A stretch of DNA of 64,000 nucleotides from Anaeromyxobacteraceae bacterium (GTDB taxonomy: Bacteria; Myxococcota; Myxococcia; Myxococcales; Anaeromyxobacteraceae), in the NCBI GenBank assembly GCA_047602405.1, contig JASGHJ010000001.1, positions 2,176,001 through 2,240,000 of the forward strand, written 5' to 3'. Of the stretch, positions 17,493 to 27,569 are shown one piece after another (positions within the stretch are counted from its first letter, which is position 1; each line of letters starts with the position of its first letter). Both the position numbers and the translations under genes were made by a program. Under the pieces are notes generated by a model, which saw only the letters and a list, made by a program, of their open reading frames with translations, ran no database searches and was not told the DNA's origin.

Positions 17493-19508
17493 CTACCAGA
17501 TCGCCGGGCGCTCCGCCTCGGGGCGCTTCATCGCGTCGCCGTCCTTGCAGCCGAAGGCCGTGTAGAACTCGGGCAGGTTCGCGACCGGCCCGAGCACGCG
17601 GTACTGGCCGGGGCTGTGGACGTCGGTCGCGAGCCGCACGCGGAGCGCCTCGTCGCGGATGTTGTTCCGCCAGACGTTCGCGTAGGAGAGGAAGAACCGC
17701 TGCCCGGGGGTGAGGTCGCCGACCTTCGGGGCCTGGTTGGGATCCTTCCCGAGCGCCTTCTCGAGCGCGGCCCAGGCGATCTTGAGCCCGCCGAGGTCGG
17801 CGATGTTCTCGCCGAGGGTGAGCTTGCCGTTGACGGACGCGTCGGGGAACGGCTTGAACGCGTCGAACTGCTTCACGACGAGCCCGGTGCGCCCCTCGTA
17901 GGCCTTCTTGTCGGCGTCGGTCCACCAGTTCTTGAGGTTGCCCTCGGCGTCGAACTGCGCGCCCTGGTCGTCGAAGCCGTGCGTCATCTCGTGGCCGATG
18001 ACCACGCCGATGCCGCCGTAGTTCACGGCGTCGTCGGCGTCCGGCCAGAAGAACGGCGGCTGCAGGATGCCGGCCGGGAAGACGATCTCGTTCATGTTCG
18101 GCGAGTAGTAGGCGTTCACGGTGGGCGGCGACATGCCCCACTCGGTGCGGTCGATGGGCTTGCCGAGCTTCGCGATCTCGCGCTTCGACTCGAAGGTCGA
18201 GGCGGCCTGCACGTTGTCGAGGTAGCCCGCGCGCTTCACGTCGAGCTTCGAGTAGTCGCGCCACCTGTCCGGATAGCCGATCTTCACGCCGAACGCGGCG
18301 AGCTTCTTCTGCGCGGCCGCCTTCGTCTCGGGGCTCATCCACGCGAGGCCGGCGATGCGCTCCGAGAGCGCCTTGCGCAGGTTCTCGACGAGCGTCTTCA
18401 TCCGCTCCTTCTGCGCGGGGCCGAACGCCTTCTCGACGTAGAGCTGCCCGAGGGCCTCGCCGAGGTTGCGGTCGACCACGCCCTGCACGCGCTTCCAGCG
18501 CGGCTCCTGCTGCTGGACGCCGTTGAGCGCCTTCCCGTAGAACTCGAAGCTCGCCTGGTCGAAGGCCTTCGAGAGGTAGGGCGCCGCGCCGCGGGCCGCG
18601 TGGAAGCGCAGGTAGGTGCGCCAGGTGGCGATGGGCTCCGAGCGCGTGAGCGCGGCGAAGGCCTTCGCGAACTCCGGCTGGCCGACGACGAGGTCCTGCG
18701 CCTTCGGGATGCCCTGCTTCCCGAGGAAGGTGGCCCACCCGTAGCCGGGGGCCTCCTGCTCGAGCTCGGCGAGGGTCCGCTTGTTGTAGTTCGCCTCCGG
18801 GTCACGGAGCGCGACGCGGGTGCGGGCGGCCTGGGCGAGCTTCGTCTCGAGCGCGATCACCGCGGCCGCGTCCTCGCGGGCCTGGCCCTCCTTCTCGCCG
18901 AGGAGCACGAAGAGCGTCGACACGAAGGTCGCGTACTTCTCGCGCAGCCCCTTCGAGCGGTCGTCGTCCTTGAGGTAGTAGTCGCGGTCGGGGAGCCCGA
19001 GGCCGCCCTGCCACAGCGTCGGCACGTAGCGGGTCGAGTCCTTGTCGTCCTGCCCGACGCCGAGCCCGATGCCGCCCGGCACGCCGGCGAGGCTCGCCTC
19101 CGCGAGGTAGGCCGGCAGGTCGTCCGCCGACTTCACCTTGTCGATCCGCGCGAGCCAGGGCTGGAGCGGCTTCGCCCCGGCCTTCTCGATCGCGTCCTCG
19201 TCCATGCCGGAGGCGAAGAAGTCGCCGACCTTCTGCTGGATGGATCCCTTCTTCCAGTCCTTCTTCGCGCTCGTCTCCTCGAGGATGGTCTTCAGGATGG
19301 CGCGGTTGCGCTCGGCGAGCTCCTCGAAGGCGCCGTAGCGCGCCTTGTCGGCGGGGATGGGGTTCGCCTTCTGCCAGCCGCCCACCGCGTGGTGGTAGAA
19401 GTCCTGGCAGGCGGGGACGGCGGGGTCGAGGTTCGCGGGGTCGATGGCCTGCCCGGCCGCGGGCGTCGCGGCCTGGAGCACGGCGAGGATCGGAAGCACG
19501 AGGGTCAC
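17493..19508 (-). CDS. M13 family metallopeptidase (PepO/neprilysin-like)
   Basis: VNAYY, HEMTHGFD, GENIAD motifs. Confidence 0.95.
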   Translation of the reverse strand: MTLVLPILAVLQAATPAAGQAIDPANLDPAVPACQDFYHHAVGGWQKANPIPADKARYGAFEELAERNRAILKTILEETSAKKDWKKGSIQQKVGDFFASGMDEDAIEKAGAKPLQPWLARIDKVKSADDLPAYLAEASLAGVPGGIGLGVGQDDKDSTRYVPTLWQGGLGLPDRDYYLKDDDRSKGLREKYATFVSTLFVLLGEKEGQAREDAAAVIALETKLAQAARTRVALRDPEANYNKRTLAELEQEAPGYGWATFLGKQGIPKAQDLVVGQPEFAKAFAALTRSEPIATWRTYLRFHAARGAAPYLSKAFDQASFEFYGKALNGVQQQEPRWKRVQGVVDRNLGEALGQLYVEKAFGPAQKERMKTLVENLRKALSERIAGLAWMSPETKAAAQKKLAAFGVKIGYPDRWRDYSKLDVKRAGYLDNVQAASTFESKREIAKLGKPIDRTEWGMSPPTVNAYYSPNMNEIVFPAGILQPPFFWPDADDAVNYGGIGVVIGHEMTHGFDDQGAQFDAEGNLKNWWTDADKKAYEGRTGLVVKQFDAFKPFPDASVNGKLTLGENIADLGGLKIAWAALEKALGKDPNQAPKVGDLTPGQRFFLSYANVWRNNIRDEALRVRLATDVHSPGQYRVLGPVANLPEFYTAFGCKDGDAMKRPEAERPAIW

Positions 19509-19600
19509 GGGTGTCTGGCTCCTTCCGGGGTGAACGGACGCCGGAATCTAAGCGAGACCCGAGGGACGCGCCCGTGACCGGGCCGGGGTAAGAATGGCCC

Positions 19601-20950
19601 ATGCGGACCGTCCGGCCCCCCGGCCCCCGCACCCTGAACCCGCTCGGCAGCTACCTGCCGTTCGCGCGCGACCCTCTGGGCTTCCTCGATCGGGTCCGGC
19701 GCGAGCACGGGCCGGTGGCCCGCTTCCGGATGGGCCCCATCCGCATCTGGCTCGTCGCCGAGCCGGAGCTCATCCGGGAGGTCCTCGTGGTGCGCGCGGG
19801 GAGCGTGAGGAAGCCGCGCGGCCTCGAGGCGGCCAAGGTCGTCCTCGGCGAGGGGCTCCTCACCTCCGACGGCGAGCCCTGGCGGCGGCGTCGCCGGCTC
19901 GCGCAGCCGGGCTTCCACGCCGAGCGCCTGCGGGCGTACGCGGCGGTGATGGCCCGCCGGGTTCGCGAGCGCGTGACGCGCTGGAAGCAGGGCGAGGTCC
20001 TCGACGCCTCCGCCGAGATGGCCCGGCTCGCGCTCGAGATCGTGGCCGAGGCACTGTTCGGCCAGGACCGGGTCGACGAGATCGAGCCCGCCGCGGCGGC
20101 GGTGTCGGAGGCGGTGGACGCGTTCCGCATCGGCCGGATCCCGATCGCGAAGCTGCTCGACCGGCTGCCCATCCCCGCGACGCGCCGGCTCCACGCCGCC
20201 CGGGACACGCTCGACACCATCGTCTACCGGTTCATCGCCGACCGGCGGGCGCGGCCGGGCGACGACCTCCTCTCGCTCCTGCTCGCGGCGAGGGACGAGG
20301 AGGGCGGGGCAGGGCTCACCGACCGGGAGGTGCGCGACGAGGTGATGACGCTGTTCCTCGCCGGCCACGAGACCACCGCGAACGCGCTCGCCTGGGCGAT
20401 CGATCTCGTCGGGCGCGACCCGGGCGTGCGGGAGCGCCTCGAGGCGGAGGTGGACCGGGCCGGCGACCTCGCGGAGGTCGCGCTCGCCGGAGCGGCCCCG
20501 GGCGTCGCGGGCCCGCTCGAGCTCACGCGCCGCGTGGTCACCGAGACCCTGCGCCTGCGGCCCCCCGCCTGGAACGTGGCCCGCTCCGCCGTCGAGGACT
20601 TCCCGCTCGGCCCGTACACGGTGCGCGCCCGGGACACCGTCGTGACGCCGCAGTGGGTCGTCCACCGCGACGCGCGGTTCTTCCCGGAGCCGGAGCGCTT
20701 CCTGCCCGACCGCTGGTCGGCGGAGGGCCGCGCCGCGCTCCCCCGGCTCGCCTACTTTCCCTTCGGCGCGGGGCCGCGGCAGTGCATCGGGGAGGCCTTC
20801 GCCTGGGCCGAGGCGACGATCGCGCTCGCCGCGATCGCGCGCGAGGTGCGGCTCCTGCCCGTCTCGCCCGCGCCGCCCCCTCCGGTGCCGCGCATCACGC
20901 TCCGTCCGGGCGGAGGCGTGCCGGTCCGGGTCGAGCGGCGCCGGGGCTGA
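19601..20950 (+). CDS. Cytochrome P450
   Basis: AGHETT, ETLR, PERF, FGAGPRQCIG heme motif. Confidence 0.95.
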   Translation: MRTVRPPGPRTLNPLGSYLPFARDPLGFLDRVRREHGPVARFRMGPIRIWLVAEPELIREVLVVRAGSVRKPRGLEAAKVVLGEGLLTSDGEPWRRRRRLAQPGFHAERLRAYAAVMARRVRERVTRWKQGEVLDASAEMARLALEIVAEALFGQDRVDEIEPAAAAVSEAVDAFRIGRIPIAKLLDRLPIPATRRLHAARDTLDTIVYRFIADRRARPGDDLLSLLLAARDEEGGAGLTDREVRDEVMTLFLAGHETTANALAWAIDLVGRDPGVRERLEAEVDRAGDLAEVALAGAAPGVAGPLELTRRVVTETLRLRPPAWNVARSAVEDFPLGPYTVRARDTVVTPQWVVHRDARFFPEPERFLPDRWSAEGRAALPRLAYFPFGAGPRQCIGEAFAWAEATIALAAIAREVRLLPVSPAPPPPVPRITLRPGGGVPVRVERRRG

Positions 20951-21093
20951 GGGGACCGGGGCAGGGCGCGCTCGCTCGGGTGGCTCCCCGCGCGGGCAGA
21001 TGTCGCACCATTGCCGGCCGCCGGGACGGGCCCGACCTTCCCTCGTGCCGCCCGGACCGTCCGGGCGTCCGGAACCCCCACAGGAGAGCACCC

Positions 21094-21558
21094 ATGATCC
21101 ACCGGTTCGCGATGGTCCTGGCTGCGCTGTCCCTCGTCGTCGCCGCGCCCGCGTTCGGGCAGAGCGGCACGACGGGAGGCACGGCGTCGTCGAAGTCGAA
21201 GTCCCACAAGGCGTCGAAGTCCGCGAGCGCGCACCACTGCATGAAGGACGGGCAGATGGTCTCGACCGCGAAGACCGCCAAGGCCTGCAAGGCCGCGGGC
21301 GGCGAGTGGATGAAGGCGGACGGCTCGATGGGCTCGTCCGGCACCGGCTCGACCGGCATGTCCGGCAGCACGAGCGGCGGCTCCACCGGGACCGGCATGT
21401 CCGGCACCGAGTCCGGCACCGGCATGTCGGGCAGCGGGAGCGGCACGTCCGGCAGCTCCTCCGGGACGAGCGGCGCCACGGGCCCGACCGGCGCCACCGG
21501 CTCCGCGCCGGGCACGGACAACCCGGGGACCGGCGCGGGCACGACCGAGAAGCCGTGA
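21094..21558 (+). CDS. Secreted Gly/Ser/Thr-rich low-complexity protein
   Basis: Signal peptide, two Cys, TGMSG repeats; AGGAG RBS. Confidence 0.75.
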   Translation: MIHRFAMVLAALSLVVAAPAFGQSGTTGGTASSKSKSHKASKSASAHHCMKDGQMVSTAKTAKACKAAGGEWMKADGSMGSSGTGSTGMSGSTSGGSTGTGMSGTESGTGMSGSGSGTSGSSSGTSGATGPTGATGSAPGTDNPGTGAGTTEKP

Positions 21559-21573
21559 CCGGCGGGGCGGCCG

Positions 21574-22689
21574 TCAGCCGACCGCCGCCCCGAACAGCCG
21601 GCCCACCGCGTAGGTGATGCCGGCGGCGAGGGCCGCGAGCCCGACCATCCGGCCGGCGCTCGCGACCATGCTCGTGCCGGAGAGGAAGCCGACGAGCGCG
21701 CCGACGCCGGCGAGCACGAAGCCGGCGAGCCCGGCGGCGAGCGAGATGGCGGGCGTGCCGGTCGTGAAGAGGAACGGCAGCACCGGCACGAACGCGCCGA
21801 CCGAGAAGAGCAGGAACGACGACAGCGCCGCGCCGACGGGCGAGCCGAGGTCCGCCGGGTCGAGGCCGAGCTCCTCGCGCACGAGGGTGTCGGCGGCGCT
21901 CGCCGGGTTCTTCATGAGCTCCGCGGCGGTGCGGCTCGCCTGCTCGGTCGAGAGCCCCTTCTGCTTGAAGATCAGGGCGAGCTCGGCGGCCTCCTCCTCG
22001 GGGGCCTCCTCGATCTCGCGCTGCTCGAGCGCGATCTGCCGCCGGAGGAGGTCGCGCTGCGAGGCGACCGAGGTGTACTCGCCGGCCGCCATCGAGAACG
22101 CGCCCGCGAGCAGGCCCGCGAAGCCGGTGACGACCACGGTGTCCGGCGCGACGCCGGCGCCGGCGACGCCGAGGATGAGCGACAGGTTGGAGAGCAGTCC
22201 GTCGTTCATGCCGAAGATCGCGGCGCGCACGTTGCCGGCGCCGCGGCCGGCGCGGTGCCAGCGCTCGCGCACGGCGATGAGGTCGCGGGCGTCCTTCGGA
22301 TCGCCCTGGCTCATGCCCACGAGCGACTGGCGATGCGCGCGCTCCTCGGCGGCGAGCGCGGTGGCGTCGCCGCCCTGCTCCTCGTACTTGTCGGCGTCGC
22401 CGGCCTCGGCCTCGAGGATCATCGGGACGACCGCGGCCGAGCCGAGGCGGCGCGCGAGCCAGACCAGCGCGCGCACGCGCGAGCTCGGCCGGTCCGCGGG
22501 GATGGCGACCCCCTCCTTCTCGAGCTTCCTCAGCCAGACCTCGGCGTGCCGGCGCTCGGCGGCGGCGAGCTCCAGGAACTCCTTCGCGCGGGCCTCGTCC
22601 TTCTCGTGGCGGGCGAGCCCCTCGTAGAGCGCCGCGCCGTCGCGCTCGTCGAGGAGGTTCTGCAGCCACAGGTCGGTCCGCGGGTTCAT
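21574..22689 (-). CDS. Rubrerythrin/ferritin-like + VIT1/CCC1 metal transporter
   Basis: ERRH and ERAH diiron motifs; IFGMNDGL, AGAFSMAAGEY. Confidence 0.9.
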   Translation of the reverse strand: MNPRTDLWLQNLLDERDGAALYEGLARHEKDEARAKEFLELAAAERRHAEVWLRKLEKEGVAIPADRPSSRVRALVWLARRLGSAAVVPMILEAEAGDADKYEEQGGDATALAAEERAHRQSLVGMSQGDPKDARDLIAVRERWHRAGRGAGNVRAAIFGMNDGLLSNLSLILGVAGAGVAPDTVVVTGFAGLLAGAFSMAAGEYTSVASQRDLLRRQIALEQREIEEAPEEEAAELALIFKQKGLSTEQASRTAAELMKNPASAADTLVREELGLDPADLGSPVGAALSSFLLFSVGAFVPVLPFLFTTGTPAISLAAGLAGFVLAGVGALVGFLSGTSMVASAGRMVGLAALAAGITYAVGRLFGAAVG

Positions 22690-22794
22690 CCGGCGGAATC
22701 TAGCAGGGCGGCCCGCCCACCGACCTCGAAAGCGCGATCGAGACCGTGTCCTCCCTCGCCTCGGCAGGGGCGTCCCGCTACAATCGCCGGTCCC

Positions 22795-24114
22795 GTGCAG
22801 CGATTCGACACCACCGAGATCGATTTCAAGGACCGCTGGGCCCGCCTCTGCGCCCGCGGGTCCGACGAGGACGAGGCGCCCGTCCGCGCGGCCGCCCAGG
22901 CCATCGTCGACGACGTGCGCGCCCGCGGCGACGCGGCGCTCGTCGAGGCCACCCGCCGCTTCGACGGCTGGGACCCGGGGACCGCCTCCGGGCTCGTCCT
23001 CGGCAAGGCCGAGTTCAGGGCCGCCCACGCCGCCCTGCCGGCGGAGGGCCGGCGCGCGCTCGCGCTCGCCGCGCGGCGCATCGCCGACTTCCACCGCCGC
23101 GAGCGCGACGCCGAGGTGCCGTCCCGGCGCGACGCCGTCGGCGCGACGCTCGCGCAGGTGGTCCGGCCGCTCGCGCGCGTCGGGCTCTACGTGCCGGGCG
23201 GCACCGCCCGCTACCCGTCGTCCGTGCTCATGACCGCCATCCCGGCGAAGGTCGCCGGCGTGAAGGAGGTCGTCGTCTGCTCGCCCGGCGTGAAGGGCAC
23301 GGGCGAGATGGACCGGTGGACCCTCGCCGCCTGCCACGTCGCCGGCGTCTCGACGCTCGTGCGCGCGGGCGGCGCGCAGGCGGTCGCGGCGATGGCGTAC
23401 GGCACCGCGACCGTGCCCGCCGTCGACAAGATCTGCGGCCCGGGCAACGCCTACGTCGCCGCCGCGAAGCGGATCGTCTTCGGCAAGGTCGACATCGACA
23501 TGATCGCCGGGCCGAGCGAGATCCTCGTGCTCGCCGACGCGAAGGCCGATCCGGCCGAGGTCGCGGCCGACCTCATCGCCCAGGCGGAGCACGACGTGCG
23601 CGCGGTCGCGGTGCTCGTCACGACCTCCGCGGCGCTGCGCGACGCGGCCCTCGCCGAGGTGGACCGGCAGCTCGCCGCGCTGCCCCGCCGCCAGATCGCC
23701 GAGGCCTCGCTGCGCGACCGCGGCGCGGCGGTGGTGGCGAGGACCCTCGCCGAGGCGACCGCGCTCGCCGACGACTTCGCCCCCGAGCACCTCGCGCTGC
23801 ACGCCGCGAACGCGGCCCGGCTCGTGCCGAAGCTGTCGCGCGCGGGCGCCGTGTTCGTGGGCACGAGCACGCCGGAGGCGGTCGGCGACTACCTCGCCGG
23901 CCCCTCGCACGTCCTCCCCACCGCGGGCACCGCCCGCTTCGCCTCGCCGCTCTCGGTCGCGACCTTCCGCCGCCGCATGAGCGTGCTCGACCTCACGCCG
24001 CGCGCCCTCGCGAGGCTCGCGCCGGCGGTCGAGGCGCTCGCCACCGCCGAGGGGCTCGTCGGCCACTGGCGGGCGGTCGAGGTGCGGGTGAACAAGAAGG
24101 GGAAGAAGCGATGA
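22795..24114 (+). CDS. hisD: Histidinol dehydrogenase
   Basis: YVPGG..YPSSVLM, GPGNAYV, IDMIAGPSE, QAEH, APEHL, GDY.AGPSHVLPT. Confidence 0.97.
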   Translation: MQRFDTTEIDFKDRWARLCARGSDEDEAPVRAAAQAIVDDVRARGDAALVEATRRFDGWDPGTASGLVLGKAEFRAAHAALPAEGRRALALAARRIADFHRRERDAEVPSRRDAVGATLAQVVRPLARVGLYVPGGTARYPSSVLMTAIPAKVAGVKEVVVCSPGVKGTGEMDRWTLAACHVAGVSTLVRAGGAQAVAAMAYGTATVPAVDKICGPGNAYVAAAKRIVFGKVDIDMIAGPSEILVLADAKADPAEVAADLIAQAEHDVRAVAVLVTTSAALRDAALAEVDRQLAALPRRQIAEASLRDRGAAVVARTLAEATALADDFAPEHLALHAANAARLVPKLSRAGAVFVGTSTPEAVGDYLAGPSHVLPTAGTARFASPLSVATFRRRMSVLDLTPRALARLAPAVEALATAEGLVGHWRAVEVRVNKKGKKR

Positions 24115-24719
24115 AGACCGCGAAGCCGAAGGGGCAACCCCGCCGCGGCGCCGTCGCCCGGAAGACGAAGGAGACCGAGATCGCGGTCGACCTCCGGCTC
24201 GAGCCCGGCGACGCCGCCATCTCGACGGGGCTCCCGTTCTTCGATCACATGCTCGAGCAGATCTCGCGCCACGGCGGGATGGCGCTCGCCGTGAGGGCGA
24301 AGGGCGACCTCCACATCGACGCCCACCACACGGTCGAGGACGTCGGCATCGCGCTCGGCGAGGCGCTCCGCCAGGCGGTCGCCGACAAGGCGGGCCTCGC
24401 CCGCTACGGTCACGCGGTGGTCCCGCTCGACGAGGCGCTCGCGGAGGTGGTGGTCGACCTCTCCGGCCGCCCGCACCTCACCTTCAACGCCGGCCTGCCG
24501 AAGGGGAAGAAGTTCATCGGCGGCTTCGACGTGGACCTCACCGAGGACTTCTTCCAGGCCCTCGTGAACCACGCCCGCATCACCGTCCACGTGAACGTGC
24601 GGTACGGCCGCAACCTGCACCACGTGGTCGAGGCGATCTTCAAGGCGGCCGCCCGCGCGCTGCGCGCGGCGACCACGAAGCAGGGCGAGGGCGTGCCCTC
24701 GACGAAGGGCACCCTGTGA
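24111..24719 (+). CDS. hisB: Imidazoleglycerol-phosphate dehydratase
   Basis: FFDHML, IDAHHTVED, NLHHVVEAIFK, PSTKGTL. Confidence 0.97.
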   Translation: MKTAKPKGQPRRGAVARKTKETEIAVDLRLEPGDAAISTGLPFFDHMLEQISRHGGMALAVRAKGDLHIDAHHTVEDVGIALGEALRQAVADKAGLARYGHAVVPLDEALAEVVVDLSGRPHLTFNAGLPKGKKFIGGFDVDLTEDFFQALVNHARITVHVNVRYGRNLHHVVEAIFKAAARALRAATTKQGEGVPSTKGTL

Positions 24720-24732
24720 CCGGAGCTCGTCC

Positions 24733-25344
24733 GTGACCCGCCCGCCGGGCACCATCGCGCTCGTCGACTACGGCGCCGGCAACCTGCGCTCGGTCGAGAA
24801 CGCCTGCCGGGAGGTGGGCGCGAAGGTCGTCGTGACGCGCGACCCCGAGGTCGTCCGGACGGCGGACCGGGTGGTCGTGCCCGGGCAGGGCTCGATGCCG
24901 GAGTGCGCCGAGGCGATGCGCCGGAGCGGCGTCGCCGACGCGCTCCGCGACGCCGTCGCGCGCGGCACGCCCACCCTCGGCATCTGTGTGGGGCTCCAGA
25001 TCCTGTTCGAGGCGGGCGAGGAGGCGGGCGGCGCGAAGGGCCTGGGCCTCGTGCCCGGGACCATCCGCCGGCTGCCCGCGGGCGTGAAGCTCCCGAACAT
25101 CGGCTGGTGCCCGGTCCGGCTCGTGCGCGACGTGCCGCTCTTCCGCCCCATGGACGGCCAGCACGTCTACTTCGCGCACTCCTACGCGGCCGAGGCCGGC
25201 GCGCCCGGCGCGGCGCTCGTCACGACCCACGGCGTCGAGTACTGCGCGGCGCTGGCGAAGGACAACCTCTACGCGGTGCAGTTCCACCCGGAGAAGAGCC
25301 AGGCCGTCGGGCTCGCCCTCCTGCGCCGCTTCGTGGAGCTCTAG
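24733..25344 (+). CDS. hisH: Imidazole glycerol phosphate synthase glutaminase subunit
   Basis: DYGAGNL, GICVGLQ, QFHPEKS. Confidence 0.97.
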   Translation: MTRPPGTIALVDYGAGNLRSVENACREVGAKVVVTRDPEVVRTADRVVVPGQGSMPECAEAMRRSGVADALRDAVARGTPTLGICVGLQILFEAGEEAGGAKGLGLVPGTIRRLPAGVKLPNIGWCPVRLVRDVPLFRPMDGQHVYFAHSYAAEAGAPGAALVTTHGVEYCAALAKDNLYAVQFHPEKSQAVGLALLRRFVEL

Positions 25345-26110
25345 ATGCTCGTCATCCCGGCGATCGATCTCATGGGCGGCGAGGTGGTCCGCCTCGAGAA
25401 GGGCGACTTCGCGACGAAGAAGGTCTACGCGCGCCGGCCCGCCGAGGCGGCCCGCGACCTCGTGGCGAAGGGCGCCCGGCTCCTGCACGTGGTCGACCTC
25501 GACGGCGCGAAGGCGGGCTGGCCGGTCAACCTCGACGCGGTCCGCGAGATTCTGCGCGGTGCCCGGCGTGGAGGTCGAGCTCGGCGGCGGGCTGCGCAGC
25601 CTGCCCGACCTCGAGGCCGTGCTCGCGCTCGGCGTCCACCACGTGGTGCTCGGCACCGCCGCGGTGGAGCGGCTCGACCTCGTCGAGCAGGCCTGCCGGC
25701 GGTTCCCGGGCAAGGTCCGCTGCGGCATCGACGCCCGGAACGGCGAGGTGAAGGTCGCCGGCTGGCTCGAGGGCACCGGCCTCAAGGTCGAGGACGTGGC
25801 GCGCAAGGTGAAGGCCGCCGGCGTCTCGATCGTGGAGTACACCGACGTGGGCCGCGACGGCATGTTCACCGGCGTCGACGCCGAGGGCGCCGCGCGCGTC
25901 GCGGCCGCGGCCGGCGTCGAGGTGGTGGCCTCCGGCGGCGTCGCCTCGCTCGCCGACATCGAGGCCTGCCGCGCGGCGAACCTGTACGGCGTCATCGTGG
26001 GGAAGGCGCTCTACGAGGGGCGCATCGACCTCGTGGACGCCTTGAAGGTCGCCGCGGGCGGGCCCCTCGACGGGGCGGACGGCCTCCCGGTCGAGGAGAA
26101 GGGGTCCTAG
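25345..26110 (+). CDS. hisA: ProFAR isomerase, frameshifted by one extra base near 25554 (likely assembly error)
   Basis: IPAIDL..VVRL, HVVDLDGA in frame 1; ELGGGLR, TDVGRDGM, VASGGV, GKALYEG in frame 2. Confidence 0.9.
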
Positions 26111-26113
26111 CCG

Positions 26114-26897
26114 ATGCCCGCGAAGCGCATCATCCCCTGCCTCGACGTGAAGAACGGCCGCGTCGTGAAGGGGATCAACTTCAAGAACCTGCGCGACGCG
26201 GGAGACCCCGTCGAGGCCGCCGCACGCTACGACCAGCAGGGCGCCGACGAGGTCACCTACCTCGACATCGCCGCCACGCAGGAGAACCGCGGTACGCTCG
26301 TCGACCTCGTCTCCCGCACCGCGGCGCGCGTGTTCGCCCCGCTCACGGTCGGCGGCGGGGTCCGGTCCGAGGCGGACTTCGTCGGGCTCCTCCACGCCGG
26401 CGCCGACAAGGTCTCGGTGAACTCGTCGGCGGTGTCGGACCCCGGCCTCGTCGACCGGCTCTCGCGCATCGCGGGCGCCCAGGCGCTCGTGGTCGCCGTC
26501 GACGTGAAGCGCCGCGCGGGCGCCTCGCCAGCGCAGTGGGAGGTGTTCGTCGCGGGCGGCACGCGGCCCACCGGCAAGGAGGGCGTCGCCTGGTGCAGGG
26601 AGGTCGCCGATCGCGGCTGTGGCGAGATCCTGCTCACCTCGATGGACCGCGACGGCACGCTCGCCGGCTACGACCTCGAGCTCCTCGAGAAGGTCCTGCA
26701 GGGCCGTGACGGTCCCGGTCATCGCCTCCGGCGGGGTCGGCACGCTCGAGCACCTCGCCCAGGGGCTCGAGATCGCCGACGCGGCGCTCGCGGCCTCCAT
26801 CTTCCACGACGGGAAGCACACCGTGGGCGAGGCGAAGGCCTTCCTCAGGGCGCGCGGCGTGGACGTGCGGCCCGTGCCCGGGGAGGGGGCGCCGTGA
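26114..26897 (+). CDS. hisF: Imidazole glycerol phosphate synthase cyclase, frameshifted near 26695
   Basis: [21 protein letters not shown], then [16 protein letters not shown] in the shifted frame. Confidence 0.9.
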
Positions 26898-27376
26898 ACG
26901 CCGGCCTCGAGAAGCTCCTCGCCCGCGTGAAGTACGACGCCCGCGGCCTCGTGCCGGTGGTGGCCCAGGAGCTCGACGGCACGGTGCTCATGGTGGCCTG
27001 GGCGAACGCCGAGGCCCTCCGGATGACCGTCGAGACCGGGAAGGCCACCTACTGGTCCCGCAGCCGCCGGGCGCTCTGGGTGAAGGGCGACACCTCCGGG
27101 CACTTCCAGGCCGTGCGCGAGCTCGCGCTCGACTGCGACGGCGACACGGTGCTCTACCGGGTCGCGCAGACCGGCCCGGCATGTCACACCGGCGAGCGCA
27201 GTTGCTTCTTCGAAAGGCAGGAGCTTCCATGGCAGACGAGCGCTTCCTCGCCCAGCTCTGGGCCACGATCGAGTCGCGCAAGGCCGACGGCGCGCCGCCG
27301 GAGAGCTACACCCGCAAGCTCCTCGACAACCCCGCCAAGATCCGGCGGAAGGTCATCGAGGAAGCGTACGAGGTGA
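26894..27376 (+). CDS. hisI: Phosphoribosyl-AMP cyclohydrolase (C-terminal tail overlaps hisE)
   Basis: [29 protein letters not shown]. Confidence 0.92.
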   Translation: MNAGLEKLLARVKYDARGLVPVVAQELDGTVLMVAWANAEALRMTVETGKATYWSRSRRALWVKGDTSGHFQAVRELALDCDGDTVLYRVAQTGPACHTGERSCFFERQELPWQTSASSPSSGPRSSRARPTARRRRATPASSSTTPPRSGGRSSRKRTR

Positions 27377-27546
27377 ACGAGGCCCACCAGGGCCTGCAGG
27401 CGGGCAAGGACACGAAGGACCACGTGGCCGAGGAGGCCGCGGACGTCCTGTTCCACCTGTTCGTGCTGCTCGCCTCGGTCGACGTGACGCCGAACGAGGT
27501 CTTCGCGGTCCTCGAGCGGCGGCACGGGGCGCCGCGGCGGGGCTGA
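27229..27546 (+). CDS. hisE: Phosphoribosyl-ATP pyrophosphatase
   Basis: [32 protein letters not shown]. Confidence 0.93.
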   Translation: MADERFLAQLWATIESRKADGAPPESYTRKLLDNPAKIRRKVIEEAYEVNEAHQGLQAGKDTKDHVAEEAADVLFHLFVLLASVDVTPNEVFAVLERRHGAPRRG

Positions 27547-27569
27547 GCGCGCGGCGCACGGGGAGGCGT

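Noticed and set aside
21340..21545. Tandem repeats ACCGGCATGTCCGGC
   Set aside because: Explained by the TGMSG low-complexity coding sequence
26114..27376. Apparent HisF-HisI fusion in the ORF track
   Set aside because: Created by the +1 insertion near 26695; the corrected hisF ends at 26897 and overlaps the hisI GTG
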